DNA of 64,000 bases. It comes from a candidate division FCPU426 bacterium (GTDB lineage Bacteria > Oederibacteriota > Muellerivitia > Muellerivitales > Muellerivitaceae). Positions 17,761 to 25,671 of this stretch are shown piece by piece (within the stretch, counting starts at the first letter, position 1; each line of letters starts with the position of its first letter). Made by a program: the position numbers and the translations under genes. The DNA is taken from positions 1-64,000 of the forward strand of contig CAVTWJ010000004.1 in assembly GCA_963738405.1 (NCBI GenBank). The letters run 5' to 3'. The notes below the pieces were generated by a model. It was given only the letters and a program-made list of their open reading frames with translations, ran no database searches and was not told the DNA's origin.

Positions 17761-18576
17761 ATGAAACTTACCCCTAGCCGTTTGGTTCTGTTAAAAGCCG
17801 CTTGGGCCTTGACGATTGTTTTTTTATTCAGCGGATGCGCGGAACAACCCGTTCCCCCGGTCTTCTGCCTATACGGCTACCAGCGCCTAGCGGTCATCCC
17901 CTTTGACAACAATACGCAGGACCCGGCCTTGGCCGCCGCCCTGCAGGACGAGATGACAAGTGAGATCGTGAATCTCAACGCCGTGCCCGTGATCGAGGCG
18001 GGACAGGTGGCAGCCTACCTGAAGTCCATCCCCGCGAAAGCATCCGACGTGCCGACGGATTCGGGCTTGCGCGAAAAGATCGCCCAGCATTTTAAATGCG
18101 ACATTTTTTTAACGGGTTCGGTGGAGGGATACAACGAGTTCCTCAAGGATGAGGAGCCCCAAAGGTCGGACTCCGGGTGGGGCTTTTACACGGACCGCAA
18201 GGTGATCGTCACCAACAACGCCAAACTGATGGACCCGTCCAGCGGCAGCCTGCTTTGGTTTCGCAATAAGAACTGGGGCTCAAGTTGGCACAACACCTGG
18301 AACCCCCTTCCGATTCCTGAAACCGTGACCCTTCCGGGCCCTTTGGGCCAATTTGTCGATTTGGTTCATTTGGTTCAATACCGGTTGGACAACAAGGTGG
18401 ACGTGGAACCCCCTTCGTTGGATGAAAACCCCAGCGGCGCCTTGATCTACCCCCGGAGCAGGGCTTTTGCCGGGCTTCGCCAGAAGGCCATCGTGGCCGC
18501 CGTGGGTTCTTTGGTTTGCGACTTTCAGGGCCATTACAACTGGACGCCGGGGTTAAGGGCCATCCACGCACAATAG
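17761..18576 (+). CDS. putative lipoprotein
   Basis: Lipobox FSGC; RLAVIPFDN motif. Confidence 0.75.
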   Translation: MKLTPSRLVLLKAAWALTIVFLFSGCAEQPVPPVFCLYGYQRLAVIPFDNNTQDPALAAALQDEMTSEIVNLNAVPVIEAGQVAAYLKSIPAKASDVPTDSGLREKIAQHFKCDIFLTGSVEGYNEFLKDEEPQRSDSGWGFYTDRKVIVTNNAKLMDPSSGSLLWFRNKNWGSSWHNTWNPLPIPETVTLPGPLGQFVDLVHLVQYRLDNKVDVEPPSLDENPSGALIYPRSRAFAGLRQKAIVAAVGSLVCDFQGHYNWTPGLRAIHAQ

Positions 18577-18604
18577 GAGAAAATGAATAGATGAGGTTGG
18601 GGGT

Positions 18605-18632
18605 TGCCCATGACGGGGACCCGTATTGGAAA
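18605..18632 (+). repeat. degenerate 28-bp site
   Basis: TGCCCATGACG GGGACC CGTATTGGAAA. Confidence 0.7.
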
Positions 18633-18636
18633 ATAA

Positions 18637-18663
18637 ATATGTACGGTAATGTTCCGTACATAT
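18637..18663. promoter_or_regulatory. palindromic operator of the TA operon
   Basis: ATATGTACGG-n7-CCGTACATAT upstream of the antitoxin. Confidence 0.65.
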
Positions 18664-18690
18664 GTTATTCTTAACGTGGAGGTAACGGCC

Positions 18691-18972
18691 ATGGCGAAAG
18701 CCCTTAAAACAAAAGAAGAACGCATCGAACTGAGGGTAAGGCCTCAGGATAAGCGGCTATTGGAAAAAGCCGCCCAAGCGCAAGGATTGAGCCTGAGTTC
18801 CTATCTCGTGACGCGTTCCCTCCATGCGGCCCAGGAAGATGCGATCCCGGTTAAAACCTACCTTCCGCCTAAACGGGACGTGGACTTATTTCTAAGGCTT
18901 CTGGAAAACCCTCCCGTGCCTAACGAAAAGCTTAAGGCGGCGGCACGGCGTTACCAAAAAGAAATATCCTGA
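18691..18972 (+). CDS. DUF1778 (RHH) antitoxin
   Basis: KEERIELRV…K.LLEKAA…LSLSSY…LENPPVPNEKLK. Confidence 0.9.
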   Translation: MAKALKTKEERIELRVRPQDKRLLEKAAQAQGLSLSSYLVTRSLHAAQEDAIPVKTYLPPKRDVDLFLRLLENPPVPNEKLKAAARRYQKEIS

Positions 18973-18981
18973 TCGTCCGTT

Positions 18982-19497
18982 ATGACAGGCCAAAAATGGA
19001 AGTTTGTCCCTATCACGGAAAAACCTAACCTCGAAGCTTTTGACTGCGGCATTTCTGAACTCAATGATTACCTGAAAAAATACGCGGGCCAGAACCACCG
19101 CAAGGGGTTGGGAAGCACTTATGTCCTCATTCCGGCCGAAGGAGAACCGGTCGCGGCCGGTTATTACACCCTGAGCATGGCCCAGGTGGAATTACGCTCC
19201 CTGCCCGAATCCCACCGTAAAAACCTCCCGAAGTACCCTGTTCCCGCTGTCCGATTGGGCCGCCTTGCCGTTGACCGCCAATGGCAAGGAACTGGATTGG
19301 GGGAGATATTATTGATGGATGCCATCCGCCGGTCTGTTGCCGCCGTCCAATCGGTGGCCGCGAAATATATGATCGTCGATGCGAAAAACGAAAAGGCCGA
19401 GGAGTTTTATTTACGTTATGGGTTTCAACCCTTTGAAGGCGGTTCGTACTCATTGGTAGTGGCCATCGATACGTTAAAAGGACTTTTCGAGAAATGA
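18982..19497 (+). CDS. GNAT acetyltransferase toxin (AtaT/TacT-like)
   Basis: FDCG…LNDYL, GRLAVD…QGTGLG, VDAKNE…FY..YGF. Confidence 0.9.
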   Translation: MTGQKWKFVPITEKPNLEAFDCGISELNDYLKKYAGQNHRKGLGSTYVLIPAEGEPVAAGYYTLSMAQVELRSLPESHRKNLPKYPVPAVRLGRLAVDRQWQGTGLGEILLMDAIRRSVAAVQSVAAKYMIVDAKNEKAEEFYLRYGFQPFEGGSYSLVVAIDTLKGLFEK

Positions 19498-19513
19498 AGT
19501 GAGCGGCTAGGGT

Positions 19514-19530
19514 TGTTCGCGACGGGGAGC
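19514..19530 (+). repeat. half 28-bp site
   Basis: TGTTCGCGACG GGGAGC; 16 bp after the toxin stop. Confidence 0.65.
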
Positions 19531-19587
19531 ACCAAGCCCCCAGCTTGGCGCAGTGGGAATAGACAATAAAAACAAGGAGGTTCCAGG

Positions 19588-19764
19588 ATGGAAAAATTCG
19601 TAGGTTACTTCATCGGGGTCGCCATCGCCATGGCGATCGCCCTCGGCATCGGGTGGCTCAAAGGCGGGGCAGATCTCACTAAGACCATGGGTATCTTTTT
19701 CGCGGGATGGATTGTCGGGGCGATCTCCATGTACATCAAAGCGATGATCGTCTATAAACCCTGA
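19588..19764 (+). CDS. 58-aa two-TM small protein (not in ORF track)
   Basis: AAGGAGG RBS; MEKFVGLLIGVAIAMAIALGIGWLKGGADLTKTMGIFFAGWIVGAISMYIKAMIVYKP. Confidence 0.75.
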   Translation: MEKFVGYFIGVAIAMAIALGIGWLKGGADLTKTMGIFFAGWIVGAISMYIKAMIVYKP

Positions 19765-19782
19765 CCCGGCTTCTTGGCCCTT

Positions 19783-20343
19783 TTACTCGGCCTGAAACTC
19801 TTTTGCTGTAATAACGGTTCCTTGGGTGGCGAAAACCTTTTCGGTTAAAACCCTGTGTACTTCCTCATCCGGGTCAAAACAAGCGTCCTTCACGACAACG
19901 CACTGAAAATCCAAATCGCTGGCGGCCCGGATGGTGGATAAAACGATGCCGCTAGTGGAAATTCCCATGAGCACCAAATTCTCGATGCCCTGGGCCCGCA
20001 GGATCATCTGCAGGGAATTACCGGCAAAGGCGCTGACACGGTGCTTGTAGATAACCCTTTCGCCAGTCTTGTATATAGAAGGATGGATATTCGCTGAATC
20101 CGTTCCCTTGACGAAAATTCCTCTTTCTTTAACCATCGCGAAACGCTTGTTCAAGGGGCTGATTTCGGGATAGCCCGGTTCAAACCCTATCCCTACGTGA
20201 AGGATGAAAAACCCGCCTTTTCGGGCTGTTTCCATCACTAAAGCCGCGTTGGGCAAGATATCCGTTGCCGGTGGAATAAAACCAAAGATCCCTTCTTGAA
20301 TGTCCAAAGAAAGAACAGCTGTTTTATGGGGATCGAGTTTCAT
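19783..20343 (-). CDS. isochorismatase/cysteine hydrolase family protein
   Basis: TAVLSLDIQ, KHRVSAF, GISTSGIVLST, VVKDAC. Confidence 0.88.
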   Translation of the reverse strand: MKLDPHKTAVLSLDIQEGIFGFIPPATDILPNAALVMETARKGGFFILHVGIGFEPGYPEISPLNKRFAMVKERGIFVKGTDSANIHPSIYKTGERVIYKHRVSAFAGNSLQMILRAQGIENLVLMGISTSGIVLSTIRAASDLDFQCVVVKDACFDPDEEVHRVLTEKVFATQGTVITAKEFQAE

Positions 20344-20496
20344 TTTTTTCCTCCGGATGCGGAATGTAATGGGGTGCATCATACACTTTCAAGTCGCAAA
20401 ACCCTCCAAGTCGAGAATCAACGCGATGTAAAAAAATGTGTTTAACGCAATATTTTTTTAGTCATTTCCGATAAGTTTTTCTAAAATGAACGCACT

Positions 20497-21363
20497 TTGA
20501 AAAACATAAATTTACCCACTGCAAATCAAAGGCCGCACATGGGCACCATGCCTGAGATTCTCGACGACTCCAAATACGCCAAGGGTACGGGCCTTTTTTC
20601 CGTTTACGAGAATGTCTCCTTTCCGGAAGACGTGAAAAAGCGCTGCATGGCCCTGTTGGAATTCGGCACCGAAACCCTCCTCAAAAACGACTTTATCATC
20701 CTCGATTTCGTCCCTTATCCCGGTTTGGGCCGGGTGGGGCAAGACGATGTGCTGAAGTATTCGTGGATTCTTTCCGAATCCCACCGGGTGCTGATGTATG
20801 ACCCTAAAACCAAGACCTTGATCGATGAGCTTTATACCTGCAGTCCCGAAAAGGACGGCCGCTTGATGTTTGAGGCAGCCAATCAGCGCATTGGAAAACC
20901 GGTCAAAAGCATCCTTTTGAGCGAAATTGTGAGCAAGGAAATGGCCCAGCAGGATGAGCCGGACAAGCTGTTTCATTCGGTTCAAGACGCTTCCAAGAAA
21001 TTCCGCATGGCCCCCAAAAAGAACTACTGCGTCTCCACCGTGTTTTTCGATATGTCCGATACGAAGCTGGATGAGGACAGCCTGGAAACCATGCTGACCA
21101 AGGCCTTGAACAAAGATGATCAGAAGCCGGTCATTGAATCCGCCTGCCGTTATGATCCGCAAGGCTACACCTACATCCACCAGTCCCCCAAGCATTTCGC
21201 TGGACTACACAGCTATCCCGGCACGCTGAAATCCGCTCACTTAAGCCTGATCGGAACCGGGGAAGCGGTGGTTCCGGTTTTGGAAGATATGGAAGAAGTA
21301 GTTTACAAACGCCGAAAAACCGAACCCACCATGAGCATCAAGATCGTCGCCGAAGGTTTTTAA
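20497..21363 (+). CDS. pyruvoyl-dependent S-adenosylmethionine-decarboxylase-like protein with two tandem domains
   Basis: Domain 1 has ILSESH…YTC; domain 2 has YDPQGYT…HSYP without ESH; true start may be 20539. Confidence 0.6.
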   Translation: MKNINLPTANQRPHMGTMPEILDDSKYAKGTGLFSVYENVSFPEDVKKRCMALLEFGTETLLKNDFIILDFVPYPGLGRVGQDDVLKYSWILSESHRVLMYDPKTKTLIDELYTCSPEKDGRLMFEAANQRIGKPVKSILLSEIVSKEMAQQDEPDKLFHSVQDASKKFRMAPKKNYCVSTVFFDMSDTKLDEDSLETMLTKALNKDDQKPVIESACRYDPQGYTYIHQSPKHFAGLHSYPGTLKSAHLSLIGTGEAVVPVLEDMEEVVYKRRKTEPTMSIKIVAEGF

Positions 21364-21385
21364 GAATATCTTTCAAGATTTTTTA

Positions 21386-21413
21386 CCACCACGATGCGTC
21401 CCCTTCGGGGACA
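21386..21413 (-). repeat. 28-bp site in inverted orientation
   Basis: Reverse complement reads TGTCCCCGAAG GGGACG CATCGTGGTGG. Confidence 0.65.
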
Positions 21414-21534
21414 GGCTTGCATCGCACCAAGTCACTAAGAACAGCAATAAGCCTTAAAATGTTTGAAATCCTTTTTTAAAATTAGCTTTTCTTGGTGTCT
21501 TTGTGCCTTGGTGGTGAAGCAATTAGAGGTGATT

Positions 21535-22197
21535 ATGTCGCAATGGCTTGAACATTACGGGATGTCGGTGAGTTTTTTGGCTTTGATCCTGGCCTTTGGG
21601 TCGGCCCTTTACGGCGTTCTTCTTAAAAAGAAAAAATCCGCGAAAGAAAAAAAATCCCCTTCCAAAGCCGCGCCCTATTTTATTTTGGCCGGCGTGTTAT
21701 CAGTGATCGCGATACTTTTAGCCGTTGGGACTGGTTTGGCTTTTCAAAAAATTCAAACCCTGAAAGCCAACGGCCCTTTTCCTTTCGGAAGCGGATGGGT
21801 CTTTTACGGTTATTACGACCAGGTGAAAAAAACTTTTCTAGCGGGGCCCTTTGAAAAAATCGCCGCCCGTTCCGCGAGCCCCAGGACGGATGACAACCTC
21901 CCGGGGAAGGGGGACTTGTTGGAGGTGATCGAGAGCGCGAAAGTTTATATTCCATATTTCAAGCAAGCGGGATCGGTCCACGAAATGGACTGTCCTATTG
22001 TCTATAAGTTCATGATTGAGAAAAGCGATGAAACGGGCGTGGTGCTCAAACCGGGCGCTCGATTAGTGGTGAGGGATGTGGTTTCGAAAAGTTTTACTCA
22101 AAACGGAATCAGCGTTTGGGCGCGGGTGGAAAGGTTTGAACCACCCGCGGGTGGAAGCGGCGCGCCCGCGCCTCCGGCTCCCTCGGGTAAAAAATAA
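21535..22197 (+). CDS. hypothetical membrane protein
   Basis: GAGGTG RBS; two TM segments then a soluble domain. Confidence 0.7.
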   Translation: MSQWLEHYGMSVSFLALILAFGSALYGVLLKKKKSAKEKKSPSKAAPYFILAGVLSVIAILLAVGTGLAFQKIQTLKANGPFPFGSGWVFYGYYDQVKKTFLAGPFEKIAARSASPRTDDNLPGKGDLLEVIESAKVYIPYFKQAGSVHEMDCPIVYKFMIEKSDETGVVLKPGARLVVRDVVSKSFTQNGISVWARVERFEPPAGGSGAPAPPAPSGKK

Positions 22198-22216
22198 ATT
22201 CTTCTCAAACAAAAAG

Positions 22217-22585
22217 TCAGGCGACGTGAATCCGGTTTAACTGCTGGGAAAGTAGATCCATATCCGTTTTTTTCACCGCTAGAAATTTTAATCCCGCAAG
22301 CAAATCGGTGGCCCAGACCACATCCACAAAGGCCGTGATGGTTTCATTGCGGTCAGGTAATAGAAGCTTCAAATTTAAAAGATTCCCGGCGCTCAAGCGG
22401 CCATCCTGCGCCACGCAGAGTCCGCCCAAACTGGTATCCAGGGTTTGCGATTGGTTTTCGCTTTTTGTTAATTCGCTGACGTTATGGGCCGAAATTTTTT
22501 CCTCGAGCACCCGATACCTTACCGGCATCTTCAGGGGAACTCTTTCAAAAGCTCTTTTCTCGGCAAACAGGTTCTGGTCGGACAT
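22217..22585 (-). CDS. PilZ-domain c-di-GMP receptor
   Basis: RAFER (RxxxR) and DTSLGG motifs. Confidence 0.85.
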   Translation of the reverse strand: MSDQNLFAEKRAFERVPLKMPVRYRVLEEKISAHNVSELTKSENQSQTLDTSLGGLCVAQDGRLSAGNLLNLKLLLPDRNETITAFVDVVWATDLLAGLKFLAVKKTDMDLLSQQLNRIHVA

Positions 22586-22834
22586 TGGGAGCCATCCTTT
22601 TGTCGCTTTCAGGCGACGCTGGGTTGTAACTAGAGCTCTATATGCGCTGTAAATAGGCCCCAAATCAATTAAAACCAGGCCATAAATTGGGCAAACGTCA
22701 GGCCTGAACCGAGGTACCCATTCCTTGTTTGGGAATGGGTACACCAATTCTCGCCCTTCGGTTTGAGACCTCAGGGCATGGGCCCTCCCACCCCTTAACC
22801 TACGTAAAATCCCTTTGTTTTATTCAAAATATTC

Positions 22835-22897
22835 TTGACGACACCCTTAAAAGCCCCAATAATGGCGCCAAGTGGGTATTAGTGGTAGGAAGTGGTA
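22835..22897 (+). promoter_or_regulatory. dcw promoter with three MraZ boxes
   Basis: TTGACG-17-AATAAT, then AGTGG at 22871, 22881 and 22891 (10-bp spacing). Confidence 0.85.
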
Positions 22898-22942
22898 GTT
22901 AATCAAAAAACCCATTAAATTAAGGCTTTTTGAGGGGTTTTA

Positions 22943-23401
22943 ATGTTTCGTGGAATCTTCCACAACTCAGTTGACGACAAGGGGCGCACGGTTCTTCCGG
23001 CCCGTTTTCGTGAACAGATTCGTGAACAGCACGAAACACCCCTCGTCCTTACCTTGGGTTTTGACCAATGCCTTTTCCTCTATCCCCTGGATGCCTGGAA
23101 AAAAATTGAAGAAAAGCTGGCCTCGCTCGACAGCCTGAATTCCGAAGTCAGGCAGTTTCAAAGAACCATCCTCCGGGCCACCGATGAAATCGATATCGAT
23201 CCCCAGGGACGCATCATGATTTCGCCCGTCCTGCGAAAAGAGGCGGGAATCGCCAAGGCGGTGGTGATCGTGGGCATGCTTCACCGCATCGAGATTTGGG
23301 ACAAGGAAAAATACGAGGCTTATCACGCCCAATCCGCGCAGTCGTTGGAACTTTTGGGCCAGAAGCTATCCGACAAAGGCATTCAGTCCATCACCTTATA
23401 G
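22943..23401 (+). CDS. mraZ: transcriptional regulator MraZ
   Basis: DDKGR..LP, DPQGRI and RIEIWD motifs. Confidence 0.97.
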   Translation: MFRGIFHNSVDDKGRTVLPARFREQIREQHETPLVLTLGFDQCLFLYPLDAWKKIEEKLASLDSLNSEVRQFQRTILRATDEIDIDPQGRIMISPVLRKEAGIAKAVVIVGMLHRIEIWDKEKYEAYHAQSAQSLELLGQKLSDKGIQSITL

Positions 23402-23405
23402 GAGG

Positions 23406-23762
23406 GTGGAAATGGTCGGTATTGAGATCAAGGAAAAATTTTCGCTGATCCATGTCACCGGGGATTTAAGCGAAGACGACTTGGGCGCCCTCCGGACGGC
23501 CATCGATACCTTGATGACCCGGGGCTACCGGCATGTGGTGCTCGATTTGAAGGAAGTGGCGTTCATGAACGCCCGGGGCTTGGGGGCCCTGGTGAACCAT
23601 TGGGGGCAGGTGCGCTTCAAGAGGGGGGATTTGAAGATTGTGGGGCTCAACAGCCGCCTGATGCATCTATTCAGGTCCATGGGGGTGGAACAGATATTCG
23701 AGGTCTACCCCAGCGTTGAGGAAATGATGGAAAAGACCGGCCGGATGCCGGCCATCGCTTAA
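23406..23762 (+). CDS. STAS-domain (anti-sigma antagonist-like) protein
   Basis: VVLDLKEVAFMNARGLGALV…GDLKIV. Confidence 0.85.
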   Translation: MEMVGIEIKEKFSLIHVTGDLSEDDLGALRTAIDTLMTRGYRHVVLDLKEVAFMNARGLGALVNHWGQVRFKRGDLKIVGLNSRLMHLFRSMGVEQIFEVYPSVEEMMEKTGRMPAIA

Positions 23763-23786
23763 GAAGAAAGACATAAGGGGGAAACA

Positions 23787-24125
23787 GTGGCCGTTGCCTT
23801 AGCGCCTGAAGAAACCGTGACCGTGCTTCGCCTTGCCGGAGACCTTTCGCTCCATGACATGGAGGGGCTCTCCAGCGTATTGACCGACATGTCGGTCAAG
23901 GGCAAGACGCGGGTCATTCTTAATTTCCGCCAGGTCAACCATGTGGCCCTGGGCGGCATCTCCAAACTGGCGGAAAGAAATTTCCGCCTCCGAAGCCTGG
24001 GCGGAGAAATCAAGCTGGTGGCGGTGGCTCCCTATGTCGCCAACCTTTTCAAGCTGGTTGGAGCCCTTGGCTATTTTGACGTTGTTTCCAACGAGGACCT
24101 GGCCCTGGCCCGGTTCGACGCCTAA
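23787..24125 (+). CDS. STAS-domain protein
   Basis: LAGDL…VILNFRQVNHV…GGEIKLV…LFKLVG. Confidence 0.8.
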   Translation: MAVALAPEETVTVLRLAGDLSLHDMEGLSSVLTDMSVKGKTRVILNFRQVNHVALGGISKLAERNFRLRSLGGEIKLVAVAPYVANLFKLVGALGYFDVVSNEDLALARFDA

Positions 24126-24292
24126 CTTTTTTAGTTAACCGACGACCTAGTTGATCGACACCTACTCCAACGCCATTTCAAGGATGAACTGAAGGAAAAA
24201 ATGAAACTCTACGGAGGAAGTTTAGAGTCAAAGGGAACCGGGTGTTCCCTTGGGCCCTGTGCTTCCGGAGCGCGACGCGCGCTTCGCGGCCG

Positions 24293-25237
24293 ATGAGCGT
24301 CCATCAGCCGGTTCTGCTTCAGGAAGCCGTGGAATATTTGTCTCCCCCGCCGGACGGCGTGGTGTTGGATTTGACGGTCGGGATGGGCGGCCACTCGACG
24401 GAGCTTTTAAAAAGGCTTCCGAAGGGCCGGTTGATTGGTGTGGATCAGGATGTTGATGCCTTACAACACGCTGGCCTGGCACTCCGGGGCGACCCAAGGG
24501 TTTCCCTGTTCAAGGCTAACTTCGCCAACCTCCTGTGGGTGCTGAAAGACCTTGATGTAAAAGAGGTTGACAGCGTGTTGATGGATATCGGCATCTCGTC
24601 TTATCAATTGGATACACCCTCAAGGGGCTTTTCCTTCATGCATGAGGGGCCCTTGGATATGCGCATGGACCAGGCCGCCGGGTTCACCGCCTCCGAAATC
24701 ATCAACAATTCCTCCGAGCAGCAGCTTTCCAAAATCTTTTTCGAGTTCGGCGAAGAACCCAAGGCCCGCGCTTTGAGCCGCGCCATCGTGAAGGCCCGGG
24801 CGGAAGAACCCATCCGCACCACCTCCCAATTGGCGGAGCTGGCCAAGCGGGTCCTGGGCCGCCCCAGGGATCGGGCCGCCAAGCACCCCGCGACCAAACT
24901 GTTTCAGGCCCTCCGCATCGCGGTCAACCGCGAGTTGGAAGTGCTTCAAAAGGGGCTGAAATCGGCCTTGTCCGTCCTCAAGCCCGGGGGGCGCATCGCG
25001 GTCATCACCTTCCATTCATTGGAAGACCGCATCGTCAAGCAGCTCTTCAAGGCTGAGGCCACGGATTGTATCTGCCCGCCCGAAATTCCCATGTGCGTTT
25101 GCGGCCACAAGGCTTCCTTGAAACTCATCACGCATAAACCCCTTACGGCTTCCGAGGAAGAATTAGCCCTGAATCCCCGTTCCCGCAGCGCCAAGCTGAG
25201 GGTGGCTGAAAAGCTGACTCCGGGAGGTCCGGTTTGA
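24293..25237 (+). CDS. rsmH: 16S rRNA m4C1402 methyltransferase
   Basis: HQPVLL, GGHS, GPLDMRM, FQALRIAVN, NPRSRSAKLR. Confidence 0.97.
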   Translation: MSVHQPVLLQEAVEYLSPPPDGVVLDLTVGMGGHSTELLKRLPKGRLIGVDQDVDALQHAGLALRGDPRVSLFKANFANLLWVLKDLDVKEVDSVLMDIGISSYQLDTPSRGFSFMHEGPLDMRMDQAAGFTASEIINNSSEQQLSKIFFEFGEEPKARALSRAIVKARAEEPIRTTSQLAELAKRVLGRPRDRAAKHPATKLFQALRIAVNRELEVLQKGLKSALSVLKPGGRIAVITFHSLEDRIVKQLFKAEATDCICPPEIPMCVCGHKASLKLITHKPLTASEEELALNPRSRSAKLRVAEKLTPGGPV

Positions 25238-25671
25238 ACGAGACGGCCTCCAACTTTAAAGACCGGGTGATGGTTTCCGCGGGCGAAGCCCTGGACGCGG
25301 GCATGTTTTGGCGCGGTAACCTGGCGGGCGCCTTGAAACGCAGGGACTATAAGGGAACCTTCTGGGGAATCCTGGCCTTGAGCCTGTTTCTTTTCTTTTA
25401 TGTTTGGCAGCACATGCAGGTGGTGAAGCTCTCCTACGAGGTTCAGGGTCTGCGCTCCCAGAAACAAACTTTGACCAACCAATACTATTACCTCAAGTAC
25501 AAGATGTACGACGTGGACAGCCTCTCCAAGGTGGAATCCATTGCCCGCGATCAGCTGGGCATGGTGACGCCCCGCACCGACCAGGTGGTCATCCTGTCCG
25601 ATAACGACTCCCTGGTTCCGCGCTGGCTGACCTGGTGGACTCAAACGATGGATAAGGGAGGCCGCTTGTGA
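25234..25671 (+). CDS. ftsL: cell division protein FtsL-like
   Basis: TM plus coiled coil plus IARDQLGM; position between rsmH and ftsI. Confidence 0.8.
   Translation: MNETASNFKDRVMVSAGEALDAGMFWRGNLAGALKRRDYKGTFWGILALSLFLFFYVWQHMQVVKLSYEVQGLRSQKQTLTNQYYYLKYKMYDVDSLSKVESIARDQLGMVTPRTDQVVILSDNDSLVPRWLTWWTQTMDKGGRL

Noticed and set aside
17522..17764. 80-aa ORF upstream of the lipoprotein
   Set aside because: No RBS or recognisable motif; probably intergenic.
22685..22720. c-di-GMP-I riboswitch (GGGCAAAC…GGCCTGAACC)
   Set aside because: Lacks the GNRA stem and GACGCAAAG, and is on the wrong strand for the PilZ gene.
22776..22790. GCATGGGCCCTCCCA similar to part of the 37-bp repeat
   Set aside because: Short gapped match without the repeat ends.
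24126..24292. Possible ncRNA between the STAS genes and rsmH
   Set aside because: No recognisable family motif or convincing structure by eye.
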